Shown here piece by piece: positions 61,264-64,000 of a stretch of 64,000 nt of DNA. The notes below the pieces were generated by a model. The model saw only the letters and a program-made list of their open reading frames with translations. It was not told where the DNA came from and ran no database searches. The translations under genes and the position numbers were made by a program. The stretch lies in assembly GCA_963804165.1 (NCBI GenBank), contig CAWDPO010000025.1, positions 64,001 through 128,000 of the forward strand, written 5' to 3'. Source of the stretch: an uncultured delta proteobacterium (GTDB taxonomy: Bacteria; Desulfobacterota; Binatia; UBA9968). Numbering within the stretch: position 1 is the first letter of the stretch; every line of letters begins with the position of its first letter.

Positions 61264-62124
61264 GTGACCCTTTACGAGGAAGTTCGCGCGGCGCTGCGCG
61301 AATCGAATTTCCGGCCGAGGAAAAGCCGCGGCCAAAATTTCTTGATTCACGAGCGCGTGATCGATTCGATTATTCGCTTGCTCGATCTCTCGCCGGCCGA
61401 CGACGTCGTCGAGATCGGCCCGGGGCTCGGTTTCCTCACTCGCCGCTTGCTCGAGCGCGCGGGCCGCGTATGGGCGGTGGAAGTCGATTCGGCTCTCGTC
61501 GAGCGTTTACGCGCGAGCCCGTTCGCCGCTGATCCGAAGCTGAGGTTGATCCATGGCGATATCCTGGAAGTGCCGTTGGCGGATATTCTGCCGGATGAAA
61601 AACTCAAACTTGTCGGCAATCTGCCGTACAGCATCTCGACGCAGGTGCTGTTTCGTATTTTTGCTTTACGCGAGCACTTTTCCTCGCTGGTTTTGATGGT
61701 GCAAAAAGAAGTCGCCGATCGGATCGCCGCGCAACCGGGGACAAAGGCTTACGGGACGCTCTCGGTATGGTGTCAGATTCATGGCCGGATTATCGATCGA
61801 GTAGCGGTGTCGCCGGAGGCTTTTTTTCCGCGCCCCAAGGTGCGCTCGACGGTGCTGAAGATCGAACTCTATGCCGAGCCGCTGGTCACCGTTTCGGAAA
61901 CGCGTATTCTGCGCGGACTGGTGCGCGCGGCGTTCGGCCAACGGCGTAAGACTCTCGGCAACGCGCTCACCACCTGGTTGAAGATTGACGGAAGCGAAAT
62001 CGAAACTCTGCTTCGCTCGCAGGGCGTCGATCCCCGACGGCGCGGCGAGACGCTTAACATCGACGAATTCATCAAGCTCGCCCGCGCCGCGCAGAGCCCA
62101 TCTGCTCTCGCTGCGGATCATTAG
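61264..62124 (+). CDS. rsmA: 16S rRNA m6,2A1518/1519 dimethyltransferase
   Basis: GQNFL, EIGPGLG, GNLPYSIS, MVQKEVADR and AFGQRRKTL motifs. Confidence 0.96.
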   Translation: MTLYEEVRAALRESNFRPRKSRGQNFLIHERVIDSIIRLLDLSPADDVVEIGPGLGFLTRRLLERAGRVWAVEVDSALVERLRASPFAADPKLRLIHGDILEVPLADILPDEKLKLVGNLPYSISTQVLFRIFALREHFSSLVLMVQKEVADRIAAQPGTKAYGTLSVWCQIHGRIIDRVAVSPEAFFPRPKVRSTVLKIELYAEPLVTVSETRILRGLVRAAFGQRRKTLGNALTTWLKIDGSEIETLLRSQGVDPRRRGETLNIDEFIKLARAAQSPSALAADH

Positions 62125-62128
62125 CCCC

Positions 62129-62950
62129 ATGCCGGAATTGCCCGAAGTCGAGACGGTCTGCCGCAGCTTGCGGCCGCATCTATTGGGTCGGACGATCCGG
62201 CGCGTCCAGGTTTTGGAGCCGCGTCTACGCGTGCCCGTGGATGCGCTCGCGCTCGCGGGCTTGGCCGGCCGGCGGATCGAAGAGATCAGCCGCCTGGCAA
62301 AATATATTTTGCTGAGCTTATCCGGCGGCGACGTCTGGTTGTTTCATCTCGGCATGTCGGGAAAGCTGATTTGCGTCGCGCCGCACACCGCGCCGCGCAA
62401 GCATGATCATATCGTCGTCGATTTTGACGACGGCATGGAGCTGCGCTACCACGACCCGCGCCGCTTCGGCTTGTCCTTGGTGGCGCGGCGCGAAGAGCTG
62501 ACGCAATTGCCGCAGTTGCGTCATGTCGGCATAGATCCGTTCGATCCGCGCCTCACGGGAGGTCTTTTGTTCGGTTTTACGCGCATTTCGGAGCGGCGCA
62601 TTCGCGATCTGCTGCTCGATCAGCAGATCATCGCGGGGCTGGGCAATATTTACGCGAACGAAATCCTCGCCTTGGCCCGCATCAAACCGACCACGCGCGC
62701 GTATCGCCTGACGCGCAGGCAGGCGCAGACGATCGCGGCAGCGATCCCCAAGTTGATGCGCGACGCGATTCGCTGGTGCGGCACGTCGTTTTCCGACTAT
62801 CGCGATGCCGACGATAAAGCGGGCGAGTTTCAAAAACACCTGAGAGTCTATGACCGCGACGGCGAGCGATGCCGGGTTTGTCCGAGCATGATCAAGCGCG
62901 TCGCCATCGGCAATCGCAGCGCATTTTATTGTCCAGCGTGTCAGAAGTAA
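62129..62950 (+). CDS. mutM: Formamidopyrimidine-DNA glycosylase
   Basis: MPELPEVE, HLGMSG, DPRRFG, GLGNIYANE and the C-terminal zinc finger CRVC..CPACQ. Confidence 0.96.
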   Translation: MPELPEVETVCRSLRPHLLGRTIRRVQVLEPRLRVPVDALALAGLAGRRIEEISRLAKYILLSLSGGDVWLFHLGMSGKLICVAPHTAPRKHDHIVVDFDDGMELRYHDPRRFGLSLVARREELTQLPQLRHVGIDPFDPRLTGGLLFGFTRISERRIRDLLLDQQIIAGLGNIYANEILALARIKPTTRAYRLTRRQAQTIAAAIPKLMRDAIRWCGTSFSDYRDADDKAGEFQKHLRVYDRDGERCRVCPSMIKRVAIGNRSAFYCPACQK

Positions 62951-62957
62951 AAGATTT

Positions 62958-63009
62958 CGTTCCAATCGTTCAAAAACGTTCCAGCCGTTCCAACCGTTCA
63001 ATCGTTGAA
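62958..63009 (+). repeat. CGTTC(A/C)A-type tandem array, six units of 8-10 bp
   Basis: Units start at 62958, 62967, 62977, 62986, 62995 and 63003, directly after the mutM stop; the last unit (CGTTGAA) is degenerate. Confidence 0.85.
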
Positions 63010-63048
63010 GAGACGGATGATGATGAGTTTCGTAAGTGAAGGTTTGTC

Positions 63049-64000
63049 ATGACTTCCCAGGATTCACAGCGGGGTAAGCTCTTGTCGCCGCTGCGCCATC
63101 GGGATTTTCGCCTGTTCTGGACCGGCTTGCTGCTTTCCAGCGTCGGCAGTCAGTTTACTCAAGTCGCGATGGCGTGGCAGATCTACGAGCTGACGAATTC
63201 GCCGCTGCAAATCGGCATGATCGGCCTGGTGCGCGCAGTGCCGCAGATGTTCATTCTCCTGTTTGGAGGCTTGCTCGCCGACGCGATGAACCGGCGCAAG
63301 CTGATGATGGTGACGCAGGGGAGTTTATTTTTTGTCTCCGGAGCGCTCGCGCTGCTGACGCTGGGCGGCCACGTGACGCCGCTGAAACTTTACGGAATCA
63401 CGGTGTTCCTGGCGTTATTCAGCTCGTTAGAGGCGCCGTCGCGTCAGGCGATCGTCACCAACCTCGTGCCCGCGGAGGATTTGTCGCGCGCTTTGGCGAT
63501 CTTCAGCACGCAGCGGCAGATCGCCACGATTGCCGGCCCGTCGATCGCCGGGGTCGATATTGGCGATCGCCGGTCCGAGCGTTTGTTACGCGGTCGATGC
63601 CATCTCGTGGCTGGTGATGCTCGCGTCGCTGGCGCTTATTCGCGCCGAGTTGCCGGTGCGCGGGGGCTGGCGCACGATCACGCTGGATTCGCTGCGCGCG
63701 GGTTTTCGCTTCGTCTGGGGGCATGCCGTCATATTTCCATTTCTTGATGATGGATTTCGGGCGCGAATATTTTCGGCACGATGCGCTCGCTGTTTCCGAT
63801 CTATGCGCGCGATATCCTCGGCGTCGGACCGGAGGGATTGGGCATACTTTATGCCGCCAGCGCCGGCGGATGCGTTGTTAGGCGCTTTCGGCTTCAGTGT
63901 GTGGGGACCGGTGCGGCAGGCCGGACGGTGGATACTGTTCGGCGTGACGATCTATGCAGTGTGCCTGCTGCTCTTCGCTCAGTCGCATTTTTTTTGGCTG
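63049..64000 (+). CDS. MFS transporter (EntS/DHA3-like), with several frameshifts, running off the window
   Basis: PLRHRDFRLFW, GGLLADAMNRRKLM, PSRQAIV; continues in shifted frames (LAIAGPSVCYAVDAISW, FPIYARDILGVGPEGLG). Confidence 0.85.

Noticed and set aside
61226-63009. Short repeats as a CRISPR array
   Set aside because: Units are 6-7 bp with 1-3 bp linkers, with no spacers and no cas genes
63540-64000. Programmed frameshifting or true pseudogenisation of the MFS gene
   Set aside because: Several scattered single-base indels without a slippery motif are better explained by sequencing error

Overview
Bacterial chromosomal window with high GC content. Gene content and protein style suggest a Deltaproteobacteria-related lineage such as Candidatus Binatia; this is inference only, as no marker gene was searched. 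The left half (1-36.6 kb) is an accessory, catabolic region. It holds ten solute-binding protein (SBP) genes (3 Bug/TctC-like, 6 NitT/TauT-like, 1 polar-amino-acid type) with no permease, ATPase or TctAB gene anywhere in the window. These are interleaved with a Rieske oxygenase alpha subunit, a class III extradiol dioxygenase, a NahE-like hydratase-aldolase, cupins, SDRs, an LLM monooxygenase, a ThDP enzyme, a cysteine-free maleate-isomerase homologue and a Zn-ADH. The left half also has orphan two-component parts, a small AT-richer island and REP-like palindromes. The right half (36.7-64 kb) is mostly housekeeping: sfsA, a lone Mo-hydroxylase large subunit, pncA, a cysQ-like gene, tandem Rieske proteins, HIT, gdhA, efp, coaE, grxC, tRNA-Cys, rimI, carD, ispD, larE, cysK, GT9, DegP/Q, PBP1B plus a TPR lipoprotein, tsaD, rsmA, mutM and an MFS transporter. 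Several genes are frameshifted, and some of these breaks are probably sequencing indels. I saw no CRISPR array, rRNA, transposase or integrase. The best novelty candidates are a ferredoxin-linker-membrane-Hsp20-like fusion protein, the permease-less SBP/enzyme mosaic, a Cys-less racemase-fold protein next to a ThDP enzyme, promoter-proximal terminator leaders before carD and the DUF1844-degP operon, and GTTC(A/C)A micro-arrays after stop codons. All family calls come from motif recognition by eye, not database searches.
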